Positions 1-9,768 of a stretch of 54,778 nt of DNA are shown one piece after another. Under the pieces are notes generated by a model, which worked only from the letters and a program-made list of their open reading frames with translations, was not told where the DNA came from and made no database searches. Positions within the stretch are counted from its first letter, which is position 1, and every line of letters begins with the position of its first letter. Position numbers and translations under genes: made by a program. Origin of the DNA: Bdellovibrionota bacterium FG-1 (GTDB lineage Bacteria; Bdellovibrionota; UBA1018); the NCBI GenBank assembly GCA_051382295.1, contig JBBCAW010000058.1, forward strand, positions 1-54,778. Direction: 5' to 3'.

Positions 1-2
1 CC

Positions 3-116
3 GTATTGGCGAATGAGTTTTCGATTGTGGATGGTGAGATGACCCCCACGCTTAAGATGAAACGTAACGTGATCGAAAGTCGCTATCGGGATTTGATCGA
101 TCAAATGTACACATGA
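3..116 (+). CDS. 3' end of long-chain fatty acid-CoA ligase-like (AMP-dependent synthetase) gene, partial
   Basis: Hand translation VLANEFSIVDGEMTPTLKMKRNVIESRYRDLIDQMYT*; the FS..GE.TPTLK.KR motif is typical of FadD15-like C-termini. Confidence 0.8.
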   Translation, partial: VLANEFSIVDGEMTPTLKMKRNVIESRYRDLIDQMYT

Positions 117-202
117 GTTCAGTGGGTACAGGTCCTAGGTATTGCTGGCACTTCGGATGGGGATTTGGTACGGTTGTATTGATCAAATAAGGGGTGATTT
201 AT

Positions 203-451
203 ATGAAAAGTTATTTTATTCGAGTGGCTGTTCTGTCGATGGTTTCTTCCTTTCTGGGGCCTACTTCGTTCGCCGGAGGTCCTATGGGGGACCCGCAAAA
301 TGCCCCTAATCCGAACGCAACCTCTTCGCCAACGTCGACAACGAGTTCAAAGGTATCGCGACCCATTACGTCCGCGCAGACTAGACGGAAAATATTGCCC
401 AGGCCAACACCTACATCGGTGCCAAAACCGTCACCTACAATGACACCTTAG
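203..451 (+). CDS. Small Pro/Thr/Ser-rich putative exported protein
   Basis: MKSYFIRVAVLSMVSSFLGPTSFA signal-like start; AAGGGG SD upstream. Confidence 0.5.
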   Translation: MKSYFIRVAVLSMVSSFLGPTSFAGGPMGDPQNAPNPNATSSPTSTTSSKVSRPITSAQTRRKILPRPTPTSVPKPSPTMTP

Positions 452-458
452 TAGCACC

Positions 459-833
459 ATGGCTGAACCTTTCGATTCTCCGGATTCTTGGCGCCGTTGC
501 AGTAGCTGTAAAAAACCCATCGCGTTTCGGGCGAAGTACTGGGTTTGCAATGTCTCGACCTGTACTCGTAAGCGCACCGGCCTGATTTTCTGCACTGTTT
601 CGTGTTGGGATGCTCATGTGCCCCAGATGAACCATCGCGAGAGCTGGGCTGAGGAACGCGTTGCTCCGACTCGTGAGGAGTGGCAAAAAACTCTCTCTGG
701 AGAAGACAAGCCGGTACGAAAACGCCGCACCAAGGAAGAGCTGCAGGCCATAGCGGCGGCAGAAGCTGAAGCTGCTCGGCCTGCGACGTCCGGGGCGCCT
801 AAAGTCATGCTTCGTCGTCCGCGGAGTGAATAA
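459..833 (+). CDS. Cys-rich putative zinc-binding hypothetical protein
   Basis: CxxC, CxxxxC, CxxxC and His residues; basic tail. Confidence 0.7.
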   Translation: MAEPFDSPDSWRRCSSCKKPIAFRAKYWVCNVSTCTRKRTGLIFCTVSCWDAHVPQMNHRESWAEERVAPTREEWQKTLSGEDKPVRKRRTKEELQAIAAAEAEAARPATSGAPKVMLRRPRSE

Positions 834-839
834 CTGGAT

Positions 840-1136
840 TTACTCGAGAAACAGTAGCCCTATTTTGCAAACTTCCGAGTCGATGTCTTTCCTCCAGCGG
901 ATCTCTGATAATACCGGCGCCAATTTTCCAACTTGAGCTCGCACGTGCGTACCAATGGCGAGTTTCGAGTGGGGGTGCACGAGCAAACCGCAGCCCTTAT
1001 AGGCCTCGTTAATGATAAGAGCCGGAATCGTTGGTTTGAAGTCATCGTTATTGGGATTAAGATCAATCAGAGCGAAATCGCCTTCATCGGGGACGTGGCG
1101 GATGAATTTCCGTTGGATGGGGTTCTTTGTTTCCAT
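840..1136 (-). CDS. Small PilZ-like beta-barrel hypothetical protein
   Basis: RxxxR (RKFIR), NEAYKGC in the D/NxSxxG position, C-terminal IGLLFL; AGGAG SD. Confidence 0.55.
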   Translation of the reverse strand: METKNPIQRKFIRHVPDEGDFALIDLNPNNDDFKPTIPALIINEAYKGCGLLVHPHSKLAIGTHVRAQVGKLAPVLSEIRWRKDIDSEVCKIGLLFLE

Positions 1137-1196
1137 GGTGAAATCTCCTGTTTTGATTATAGCACTCTGCTAAGATAAAAATACACGAGGAAACCT

Positions 1197-2267
1197 GTGC
1201 TCATCGAGACCTTGTCTTATCTGAAATGCCCGAATTGTGCGGCTGAACTGGCCTGTGCGACGGACCAAGTTGAAGTCTTGTTAGGCATCGTGAGTTGCAA
1301 CGGTTGCAAGGCACGGTTTCCCGTGCTCGCTGGAGTATTGATCCTGGTGCGGGACGTGCGCGGCTACCTGCTTGAGCACGTGAAGGGGATTTCCCGTCAA
1401 GTGAATGACGATGAGATTCCTAAAGAGCACCGTACTGCATATGTCAAAGCGAAGCGACAAATTGCCGTCGAACATATTGAGGAGGATCTTGAAGCCGAGC
1501 GCGTGACCGCGCTGTACGTGATGAACCACTATCTGCGCGCGAGTGAGGTTTGTTCACCGAGCCCCGCCCTCGATGGGGTGATTCAAACCTACTGGGACCA
1601 CGGTCCATTTGCGAAGATCAAAGAGCGCCTTGCAAGAGATGGGCGTAGCGGTTCGCATCGGTCGCTCATTGAGCTGGGCTGCGGGGTCGGGGGCCTTTGC
1701 GCGGCCTTGCGTGATCATCTCGAAACTTATTTGGGATTGGACAGCTCATTTGCGAGTATCGCACTGGCGCGGCACTTGGTTTTGGGGGCTCCGTTGAGGG
1801 GGCGTCTCCTGGTGCCTGATGATTTGTTGCATGGACCGGTTTCGCGGCAAATAAAAGTTCCCCCATCGAAGTCACCGTCAGTTGCGATCGCGGATTTCAT
1901 TGTGTGTGAGTTGGATCATCCCCCCGTGAAAACCGGAGTCTGGGATCTGTGCGCGGCACTCAACGTGATGGATATGTTACCTGAACCGAGGGCGCTTCCT
2001 GCGCTGCAATACGAGTTACTTTCACGAGGCGGAACTGCGATTCAGAGCTGTCCCTATATCTGGCATCAGGTCGTTGCGGGTGGTCTGCGTAAAGTTTTGC
2101 CGAAAGAAGTCAAGGATTCTGCCTCTGCCGTAGAATGGCTCTATCGACAGAGAGGCTTTAATATGGATAGTGTCGACCTTCATGTTCCGTGGGTTTTTTT
2201 TAAACATGTTAGGCAGATAGAACTCTATTCTGTTCATCTGTTCTTTGCCTCGAAGGCGAGTATTTGA
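1197..2267 (+). CDS. Trm112-like zinc-ribbon domain fused to class I SAM-dependent methyltransferase
   Basis: LKCPNC...CNGC..RFPV..GV.IL N-terminus; motif I ELGCGVG; GLDSS; GAGG SD. Confidence 0.8.
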   Translation: MLIETLSYLKCPNCAAELACATDQVEVLLGIVSCNGCKARFPVLAGVLILVRDVRGYLLEHVKGISRQVNDDEIPKEHRTAYVKAKRQIAVEHIEEDLEAERVTALYVMNHYLRASEVCSPSPALDGVIQTYWDHGPFAKIKERLARDGRSGSHRSLIELGCGVGGLCAALRDHLETYLGLDSSFASIALARHLVLGAPLRGRLLVPDDLLHGPVSRQIKVPPSKSPSVAIADFIVCELDHPPVKTGVWDLCAALNVMDMLPEPRALPALQYELLSRGGTAIQSCPYIWHQVVAGGLRKVLPKEVKDSASAVEWLYRQRGFNMDSVDLHVPWVFFKHVRQIELYSVHLFFASKASI

Positions 2268-2270
2268 AAA

Positions 2271-3530
2271 ATGAAAATATACACTGGGGTCTTTTATTTA
2301 AGTGTTTTTTTGTGCTCGTTGAGCAGTTTGGCGGTTCCTGTTGCAGCGCCTATTTCCTTAAATAACGCCTACCGCGCGGCCCTGCAGCTCACCGAAACTA
2401 CGCCTATCGGTCAGTCGCGGATCAATCAAACTGAAGCGCGAGTGAAGCAAGTAAGAGCGAAATTTTTGCCAGTGTTTTCTTTAGGGAGTGGTTATCAGCA
2501 GCTAGATAATAATAATTCAAGTTCGGTGTCGTATACGCGTTTGACTCTTTCTCAATCTATTTACGAGGGCGGAAGAGATCGGTCGTCTTTAGAAAGTGCA
2601 AAAGCCTTGAGACAAAACCAAGAACAAAATTTATGGGTTGCTCAATACGCCGTATTCACCTTGGTCGCTCGCAATTACTACGCCATTTTATCCAGTGAAC
2701 GCGAAACGACCAATATTCGAAAAGCCAGTTTGTTAGCAAATGATCGGGCCACAGAAATATCTAATCGTGTTGATATTGGGAGAGCTAAAAAGGTTGAGCT
2801 TTTGGCTGCGCAAGCTCAGGTTTCCGTTCTTGAGTCACAATTGATGGCCGCTGAAGGCCAGCTTATTACGGTGAAAGAGCAGTTTGGCTTGATTACGGGA
2901 CTTGGAAAGCATATCGATTTGGCTCAACCTTCTGAAACCATCCGAGCACCTGGATCGGTTGATTCCTATCTTTCACTATTGGAAAAAAGGCCAGACATCG
3001 CGGCCATGAAGGCCCAAATTGAGGCGGCACAAAAAAGTATCGGGGTTGTTCAGGCGGGCCATTTGCCGGCTTTGAGCATCACGGGAGATTATTACGTCTT
3101 TCAGGGTGGAACACAAAAATCCAATAATTGGGATGCCGGGCTTTATCTCTCGTTTCCGATTTTTTCAGGCGGCGCAGTTTTAGCCCAGGTGACTGAGTTC
3201 AGTGAGCGTGAAAAAGAGGTTGAGCTGACGCTGAGTCAGACTCGCCGTGAGGCTGAGATCGAGATTCGAAATGCGTATAACAATCTTGTGAGCGCGGTCA
3301 ATCAGATCAGGTCCCTCCGGTCAGCTCTGTCTTCAACTGAGCAAAATTACAAAGAACAGGAAAAAAATTATCGGTTTGGACAGGCGACTAATTTGGACGT
3401 GATCCAGGCGCTTAATGTTGATTTGGATACGAGGCGAACGTTGGATCGGACGCGGTATCAGGCTTTGACTTCTTGGGCTGAACTCAGTTCTGCTACGGCG
3501 CAGGTTCCCATGTTGGAGGGAAATCCATGA
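2271..3530 (+). CDS. TolC-family outer membrane efflux protein
   Basis: Signal peptide, two OEP repeats (LSQSIYEGG; LSFPIFSGG), YRFG..T.LDV. Confidence 0.9.
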   Translation: MKIYTGVFYLSVFLCSLSSLAVPVAAPISLNNAYRAALQLTETTPIGQSRINQTEARVKQVRAKFLPVFSLGSGYQQLDNNNSSSVSYTRLTLSQSIYEGGRDRSSLESAKALRQNQEQNLWVAQYAVFTLVARNYYAILSSERETTNIRKASLLANDRATEISNRVDIGRAKKVELLAAQAQVSVLESQLMAAEGQLITVKEQFGLITGLGKHIDLAQPSETIRAPGSVDSYLSLLEKRPDIAAMKAQIEAAQKSIGVVQAGHLPALSITGDYYVFQGGTQKSNNWDAGLYLSFPIFSGGAVLAQVTEFSEREKEVELTLSQTRREAEIEIRNAYNNLVSAVNQIRSLRSALSSTEQNYKEQEKNYRFGQATNLDVIQALNVDLDTRRTLDRTRYQALTSWAELSSATAQVPMLEGNP

Positions 3531-6500
3531 ATCTTTCCGAAGTATCGATCAAAAATCACGTTTTTGCCTGGATGCTTATGGCCGGGTTGCTTATTTTCGG
3601 AGGCATAGCGTTTGAGCGGATGGGGGTTAGTCAACTTCCCGACGTGGACTTTCCGGTCGTGAGTGTGAATGTCATTCTTGATGGCGCTTCTCCCGAGGTC
3701 ATGGAACTCAACGTTGTCGACGTGATTGAAGGCGGTTTGACCTCTGTTCCGGGCATAAAGACCATGACCTCGTCATCGCGAACAGGGAGCGCCAGTATTT
3801 CGCTTGAGTTTGGCCTTGATAAGGATATCAACGTCGCGGTTCAAGAGGTGCAAAGCGCGCTTGCGCGCGTCCAGCGGAACCTTCCGGCAGATGTCGAACC
3901 CCCAACGGTGAGTAAGTCGAATCCTGACGATCAACCTATTTTACAACTGAGCGTCACCGCCGACGGGATGTCACGAAAAGAACTGATGACGTTAGTTCGT
4001 GACCGGGTTCAAGACCGCTTCACCACTCTCGAAGGGGTGGGGCAGATCACGCTTGGCGGTTACCTTGCCCCCAATTTGAGGGTATGGCTTTCGCAGGGTA
4101 AGCTCGACCATTTTCAACTCACGGCAAATGACGTGATCAAGGCAATTCAGTTGGAGCATTCGGAGAAGCCTGGGGGCCGGATCGAAACGGGTCAGGAAGA
4201 AATGAATATTCGCACTCTGGGCGAAGCACCGACCGTGAAAGACTTTGAGAATATCACGATCACTCGACGTGGCGGCGCTTTGAATTACCGGCCCATTGCG
4301 CTCAAGGAAGTGGCGCAGGTGGAGGACGGGACGGCCGACGTGCGCAGCCTTAGCCGTGCGCAAGGCAAGGTTGCCGTGGGTATTGGTATTACGAAGCAAC
4401 CTGGAACCAATGCCGTGGAGGTCGCTAAAGCCGTTAAGCAAAGGATGAAGGAAGTTGCCACGCAGTTACCCAAGGGAGTTAATATCGGGGTGCGTTTTGA
4501 TACGACCCAGTTCATCGAAGAGGCCGTCAACGAGTTGAACTTCACCCTGATTTTCTCCGCGATTTTGACTGCACTCGTGTGTTGGGTGTTTTTGGGGTCC
4601 TGGTCGGCGACGGTGAATGTGATCTTGGCGATCCCCACCTCGGTGGTCGGCTGCTTTATCGTTCTTCATGCTTTGGGGTTTACGCTCAACACCTTCACTC
4701 TTCTTGGGCTTTCGCTCGCGATTGGAATCGTGGTTGACGACGCTATTATGGTGCTTGAGAACATTGTTCGCCATAAGGAAGAAGGCAAGGACCGAGTCCA
4801 GGCGTCGCTCGATGGTGCGAAGGAAATTACAACCGCTGCTATAGCTGCGACGATCGCTATCATCGCCATTTTTCTTCCCGTAACCTTTATGGAAGGTGTG
4901 ATCGGAAAGTATTTTCTACAGTTTGGAATCACCCTCTCAGTGGCTGTGGCCATTTCGCTTCTTGAAGCGTTGACGCTGACTCCGATGAGGTGTTCTCGTT
5001 TTTTGGTGGTCTCACGGAGGACTTCATGGCTGGGGATTGGAGTTGAAAAGGGGTTTGATGTCGCGGAAAAGGTCTACAAAAAAATGATCCCGATGACACT
5101 GCGACATCCCTGGGCGACGCTCTTAGGGGCGACCTTGTTTTTTATAGCAACCCTGGGAATCGGAAACGTTTTGAAACGCGAATTTGTCCCCCCTCAAGAT
5201 CAGAGTCGGCTGATGGTGCGAGTGCAAACACCTGTAGGTTCTTCGCTGTCGCTGACTGACGAAAAAATGCGGCAAGTGGAAAAATATTTTAGTTCCCGAA
5301 GCGAGGTTTCTGGGCAGTTTACGACCGTTGGGAGTGGAAGTGGGGCTTCGGTCAATACCGGCAATATCTTTTTGACCCTGAGCGCCCCAAAAGAGAGGAA
5401 GTGGAGCGCCCAACAGCTGGCAACTCAATTCAGAAAGGATCTTAAGAAGATCGCCGCCGGCGCGCGTGTGACCATTCAAGATCCCTCTCTTTCAGGATTG
5501 GGAGGTTCCAGAAGTTTTCCCATTCAGTTTACAATCAAGGGGCCGGATTGGGGCCGGTTGGTTGATTTCTCGAAAGGGATCACTGAGGCAATGGAAAAAA
5601 CGGGTCTGATGACCGATGTCGACACCAATTACCAAGACGGGATGCCGGAAATTCAAGTAATTCCCGACCGCATTAAGGCGCGAGAATACGGCGTGGATGT
5701 CTCCGAAATTTCGACGGCCGTGAATGTGATGATGGCCGGAGCGATCGCGGGAAAATACTCCCATGGTGGGCGACGTTACGACGTCAGAGTGGGGCTTCCG
5801 GCGAGTTCTCGTATTTCGACCGATGCGCTTAAAAGACTTTATGTTCGCAACGCTCAGGGCGAGTTAGTCTCTTTGGAGAAGGTTGTCACCCTGGGGCAGC
5901 AGAGTGGTCTGCAAGCGATTTCGAGGGAAGATCGGCAACGGGCAATTACGGTTCGAGCAAACGTCGCACCGGGAAGCTCTCAGTCTGAGGCGATCAATGT
6001 TGTCCAAAAGATCACCCAGGGTATACTAACCGATGGATATTCGGCGGTCGTGAGTGGAAGTGCGAAAACCTTTCAGGAATCTTTCAACGGACTGTTTTTT
6101 GCCCTGTTTTTGGGAATTTTGGTCTCCTACATGGTATTAGCCTCGCAGTTTAATAGTTTTATTCACCCGGTCACGATCCTGATCGCACTTCCCTTTAGCG
6201 TTTCTGGTGCCTTCATTGCGCTCTACGCGGGGGGGCAGACCCTCAATATTTACAGTATGATTGGTCTGATCCTTTTGATGGGGATCGTGAAGAAGAATTC
6301 CATTTTGTTGGTGGAGTTTACTAACCAGATGAGAAAAAAAGGAATGGGGGCCAAGGATGCCCTAATCGAGGCGTGTCCCATCCGTTTGAGGCCTATTCTT
6401 ATGACTTCGATTGCCACGATTGCGGGCGCAATTCCGCCGGCCCTTGCGATTGGGCCAGGGGCAGAGAGTCGAATTCCAATGGCGCTGTCGGTCATCGGCG

Positions 6501-6586
6501 GGGTGATCGTGTCCACACTATTGACGCTTTTTGTGGTTCCTTGTGTGTATGCACTTTTGGACCGGTTCAATGGAACTAGTCTCTGA
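3527..6586 (+). CDS. RND efflux transporter permease (AcrB/AcrD/AcrF family)
   Basis: 1019 aa; LPDVDFPVV, GIVVDDAI.VLEN, KKNSILLVEF, RLRPILMT motifs. Confidence 0.95.
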   Translation: MNLSEVSIKNHVFAWMLMAGLLIFGGIAFERMGVSQLPDVDFPVVSVNVILDGASPEVMELNVVDVIEGGLTSVPGIKTMTSSSRTGSASISLEFGLDKDINVAVQEVQSALARVQRNLPADVEPPTVSKSNPDDQPILQLSVTADGMSRKELMTLVRDRVQDRFTTLEGVGQITLGGYLAPNLRVWLSQGKLDHFQLTANDVIKAIQLEHSEKPGGRIETGQEEMNIRTLGEAPTVKDFENITITRRGGALNYRPIALKEVAQVEDGTADVRSLSRAQGKVAVGIGITKQPGTNAVEVAKAVKQRMKEVATQLPKGVNIGVRFDTTQFIEEAVNELNFTLIFSAILTALVCWVFLGSWSATVNVILAIPTSVVGCFIVLHALGFTLNTFTLLGLSLAIGIVVDDAIMVLENIVRHKEEGKDRVQASLDGAKEITTAAIAATIAIIAIFLPVTFMEGVIGKYFLQFGITLSVAVAISLLEALTLTPMRCSRFLVVSRRTSWLGIGVEKGFDVAEKVYKKMIPMTLRHPWATLLGATLFFIATLGIGNVLKREFVPPQDQSRLMVRVQTPVGSSLSLTDEKMRQVEKYFSSRSEVSGQFTTVGSGSGASVNTGNIFLTLSAPKERKWSAQQLATQFRKDLKKIAAGARVTIQDPSLSGLGGSRSFPIQFTIKGPDWGRLVDFSKGITEAMEKTGLMTDVDTNYQDGMPEIQVIPDRIKAREYGVDVSEISTAVNVMMAGAIAGKYSHGGRRYDVRVGLPASSRISTDALKRLYVRNAQGELVSLEKVVTLGQQSGLQAISREDRQRAITVRANVAPGSSQSEAINVVQKITQGILTDGYSAVVSGSAKTFQESFNGLFFALFLGILVSYMVLASQFNSFIHPVTILIALPFSVSGAFIALYAGGQTLNIYSMIGLILLMGIVKKNSILLVEFTNQMRKKGMGAKDALIEACPIRLRPILMTSIATIAGAIPPALAIGPGAESRIPMALSVIGGVIVSTLLTLFVVPCVYALLDRFNGTSL

Positions 6587-6637
6587 CCTTCCGATTGAGC
6601 TTTAACTCGTGTATAAAAGTCCTAAAAGGGGCCCCTC

Positions 6638-8482
6638 ATGAATCTCACTGTGAGTCCATCCGATGATCGTGCTGATTTGGAGTCGGGGATCAAGGCTATC
6701 GTCAAAAAGTATAATGGCGAAAGAAGACAGCTTTTATCGATTCTACGAGAAGTTCAAAAAAGGTGGCGTTGCGTTTCAAAAGAAGCCATTACTTTGATTG
6801 CAGACGAAATGGACCTGCCGAGGGTTCATGTCGAGGGTACGTCCACCTTTTTTCATTTTTTGTCGCGTACGCACCGGGGCAAATACACAGTTTACCTCAA
6901 TACGAGCGCGACTGCCGAGCTTTCAAGCCTCTCTTTGATCGAAAAGGCTTTTGAAAGCGAGGTCGGTATTGCCTTCGGCCAAACAACCGCCGATCAACAG
7001 ATCGGATTACGCAAAACCTCTTGCATTGGCATGAGCGACCAGGAGCCGGCCGCGTTAATCAATGAGGTCGTGTTCACTTGCTTGACTCCCGAAAAAGTAA
7101 AAAACCTCGTTGCTGGGATGAAGGCCAACACCCCGATAGAGGATTTAGTGGGCGTGTTAGGAGAGGGTAACAATGCGTTACCTGAGATTCATGCTGAGGT
7201 CCGAAACAATATTCGTCTCCGGGGGCCGGTATTTTTTACGGAGCATACCGCTGGCGCAGCTTTAAAAAAGGCGATGGAAGTCGGATCGCTTGATGTCATT
7301 GAGGCGGTAAAGCGTTCGGGCCTGAGGGGGCGTGGCGGGGCAGGTTTTCCGACCGGGCAGAAGTGGGGTCTTTGCCGGGGCACTGAGGCTGAATCGCGCT
7401 ATGTGTTTTGTAACGTGGATGAGGGTGAGCCGGGAACTTTTAAGGATCGAGTGCTGATGACTGAGATGCCCGAGTTTATTTTCGAGGGGATGGCGGTGGC
7501 GGGATATGCCATCGAGGCCAATCGTGGAATTCTGTATTTACGGGGCGAGTATGCTTACCTTCAAGAGCATCTAGAAAAAACCTTGGCTAAGATGCGTGCC
7601 GATCACCTTTTGGGGCGAAGAATTCTCGGAACCCATTTCAGCTTTGATATCAAAATCAAGATGGGCGCCGGTGCCTATATTTGTGGCGAAGAATCAGCGT
7701 TGATTGAGTCGGCTGAGGGTAAACGGGGAGAACCTCGAAATAGGCCCCCTTTTCCGGTAGTGGCGGGTTATCGCCACCGGCCGACGATCGTCAACAATCC
7801 TGAAACCTTTGGGTGCGCGGCGCAGATTGTGCTGAAGGGCCCGGAGTGGTTTAAGGCGATGGGTACTTCTGCCTCAACAGGGGTTAAGCTTTTGAGCATT
7901 GCCGGTGATTGCGCTCGTCCCGGAGTCTATGAAATTCCTTGGGGCAAGACGGTGCGTGAAGTCCTTGAGCTATGCGGTGCCGAAAATGTTCTTGCGGTTC
8001 AGGTGGGCGGTCCATCCGGCGTATGTATTTCCGAAAAGCAGTTTGATCGAAAGATTTGTTACTCCGATTTAAGTACGGGGGGCGCTTTTACGATTTTTGG
8101 AAAGCATCGGGATTTGCTTGCGATCGTCCATAACCACATGAATTTTTTTGTTGATGAGTCTTGTGGTTTTTGCGTGCCCTGTCGGGCCGGAAATCGGCTG
8201 TTAACCAAAGCTCTTGAAAAAATCATGATCGGCAATGGTACCTCGGCCGATGTCGATGGTATCCGGAGCTTGGGCAAGATGGTGAAATCCGCATCGCGCT
8301 GTGGTTTGGGTCAAAGTTCTCCTAACCCGCTTTTAACGACGATCGAAAATTTTCCGCAATTTTATGCCTCTCACGTCAGGACAGACGTCGATTTTATGTC
8401 TCAGTTTGACCTGAAATTCGCGACCTCCGACTCGGCCGCGGCCGCCCATCGGAAACCTTTTACTGAGTTGCCTGAGGAATAA
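6638..8482 (+). CDS. hoxF: NAD-reducing hydrogenase diaphorase subunit (NuoE/NuoF fusion)
   Basis: GLRGRGGAGFPTG, DEGEPGTFKDR, GAGAYICGEE, ESCGFCVPC...CGLG; operon context. Confidence 0.93.
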   Translation: MNLTVSPSDDRADLESGIKAIVKKYNGERRQLLSILREVQKRWRCVSKEAITLIADEMDLPRVHVEGTSTFFHFLSRTHRGKYTVYLNTSATAELSSLSLIEKAFESEVGIAFGQTTADQQIGLRKTSCIGMSDQEPAALINEVVFTCLTPEKVKNLVAGMKANTPIEDLVGVLGEGNNALPEIHAEVRNNIRLRGPVFFTEHTAGAALKKAMEVGSLDVIEAVKRSGLRGRGGAGFPTGQKWGLCRGTEAESRYVFCNVDEGEPGTFKDRVLMTEMPEFIFEGMAVAGYAIEANRGILYLRGEYAYLQEHLEKTLAKMRADHLLGRRILGTHFSFDIKIKMGAGAYICGEESALIESAEGKRGEPRNRPPFPVVAGYRHRPTIVNNPETFGCAAQIVLKGPEWFKAMGTSASTGVKLLSIAGDCARPGVYEIPWGKTVREVLELCGAENVLAVQVGGPSGVCISEKQFDRKICYSDLSTGGAFTIFGKHRDLLAIVHNHMNFFVDESCGFCVPCRAGNRLLTKALEKIMIGNGTSADVDGIRSLGKMVKSASRCGLGQSSPNPLLTTIENFPQFYASHVRTDVDFMSQFDLKFATSDSAAAAHRKPFTELPEE

Positions 8483-8497
8483 AGGGAGGAGTAAAAA

Positions 8498-9205
8498 ATG
8501 GAACAAGGTCATATTAAGATCACGATTGATGGAAAAGAAATTCTCGCACGGGAAGGCCAGACCGTCGTTCAGGCTGCTCGTGACAATCACGTTTATATCC
8601 CCACACTTTGCGATTTTAAGAGCCTAAACCCCGCTGGAACTTGTCGCATTTGTACCGTCAAGATTGGGGAGCGTTTGGTCTCCGGATGTACCACGGTCGT
8701 GTCTTATGGAATGGTCGTTGAAAATGAGTCCTCGGAGCTGCAAGAGCTTCGCAAGGGTTTGATTGAGATGCTGTTTGTTGAAGGCAATCATATGTGCCCG
8801 AGCTGCGAAAAAAGCGGCAATTGTGAACTTCAGGCCTTGGCCTATCGTTACCGCATGCAGGTACCACGATTTTCCTTCCTTTTTCCTAATCGCAAAATCG
8901 AGGCGGGGTTCCCCCATCTGATTCTAGAACATAGCCGATGCATTCAGTGCTTGCGTTGCGTTCGGGGTGTTAAGGCTAAGGATGGACATGACCTTTTTGG
9001 CTTTATTCGAAAGGGGCCTCATATTCGAATCTCGGTGGACAAGACTGATCCGGATGCATTGACCGAACAAACCGCTGAGCGCGCGATGGAGATTTGTCCG
9101 GTGGGGGCGTTGATTAAAAAACGTACAGCCTATCAAGTTCCAATCGGGGAGCGAAGATTTGATCACGATCCGATTGGTTCGGATATTGAAAAAAAGGGCG
9201 GCTGA
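8498..9205 (+). CDS. hoxU: NAD-reducing hydrogenase Fe-S subunit
   Basis: IPTLC..CRIC..C 2Fe-2S motif; HMCPSC.KSG.C; CIQCLRC...CPVGAL. Confidence 0.93.
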   Translation: MEQGHIKITIDGKEILAREGQTVVQAARDNHVYIPTLCDFKSLNPAGTCRICTVKIGERLVSGCTTVVSYGMVVENESSELQELRKGLIEMLFVEGNHMCPSCEKSGNCELQALAYRYRMQVPRFSFLFPNRKIEAGFPHLILEHSRCIQCLRCVRGVKAKDGHDLFGFIRKGPHIRISVDKTDPDALTEQTAERAMEICPVGALIKKRTAYQVPIGERRFDHDPIGSDIEKKGG

Positions 9206-9208
9206 AAA

Positions 9209-9757
9209 ATGGGCGGTAAAAAACTGACACTCGCAACGACCTCACTTGCCGGCTGTTTTGGTTGTCATATGTCGTTTCTTGACATCGATGAAAGGATCCT
9301 CCAGTTGGTGGAGGTGGTCGAATTCAATAAATCACCGATTGATGACATCAAAGTATTCACCCAACAATGCGATATTGGCTTGGTCGAGGGGGGGTGTTGC
9401 AATACCGATAATGTGCGCGTCCTGAGGGATTTTAGAAAGTATTGCAAGGTTTTGATTTCGGTAGGTCAATGCGCTATCACCGGCGGTTTGCCGGCAATGC
9501 GAAATGGGATTCCTATCAAGGAGTTACTCGATGGGGCTTATGTTCTTGGGGCCACCCTTGAAAATCAGCTTATCCCGAATGATCCAGAACTTCCGATTAT
9601 TTTGGACCGAGTGTATCCCTGTCATGAGATTGTCAAAATGGACGCTTTTTTACCCGGCTGTCCCCCCTCGGGAGATGCTTTTTGGGAAGCCCTGAATTCG
9701 CTCATGGCTGGACAGGGCTTGGATCATCTGTCGTATCCGAATTTTAAATTCGATTGA
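9209..9757 (+). CDS. hoxY: [NiFe]-hydrogenase small subunit
   Basis: GCFGCHMS, GQCA.TGG, PGCPP. Confidence 0.93.
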   Translation: MGGKKLTLATTSLAGCFGCHMSFLDIDERILQLVEVVEFNKSPIDDIKVFTQQCDIGLVEGGCCNTDNVRVLRDFRKYCKVLISVGQCAITGGLPAMRNGIPIKELLDGAYVLGATLENQLIPNDPELPIILDRVYPCHEIVKMDAFLPGCPPSGDAFWEALNSLMAGQGLDHLSYPNFKFD

Positions 9758-9768
9758 AAGGGACTTCC

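Noticed and set aside
3631..6579. Many short antisense or alternate-frame ORFs inside long genes throughout the window
   Set aside because: Shadow ORFs with no motifs or translation signals
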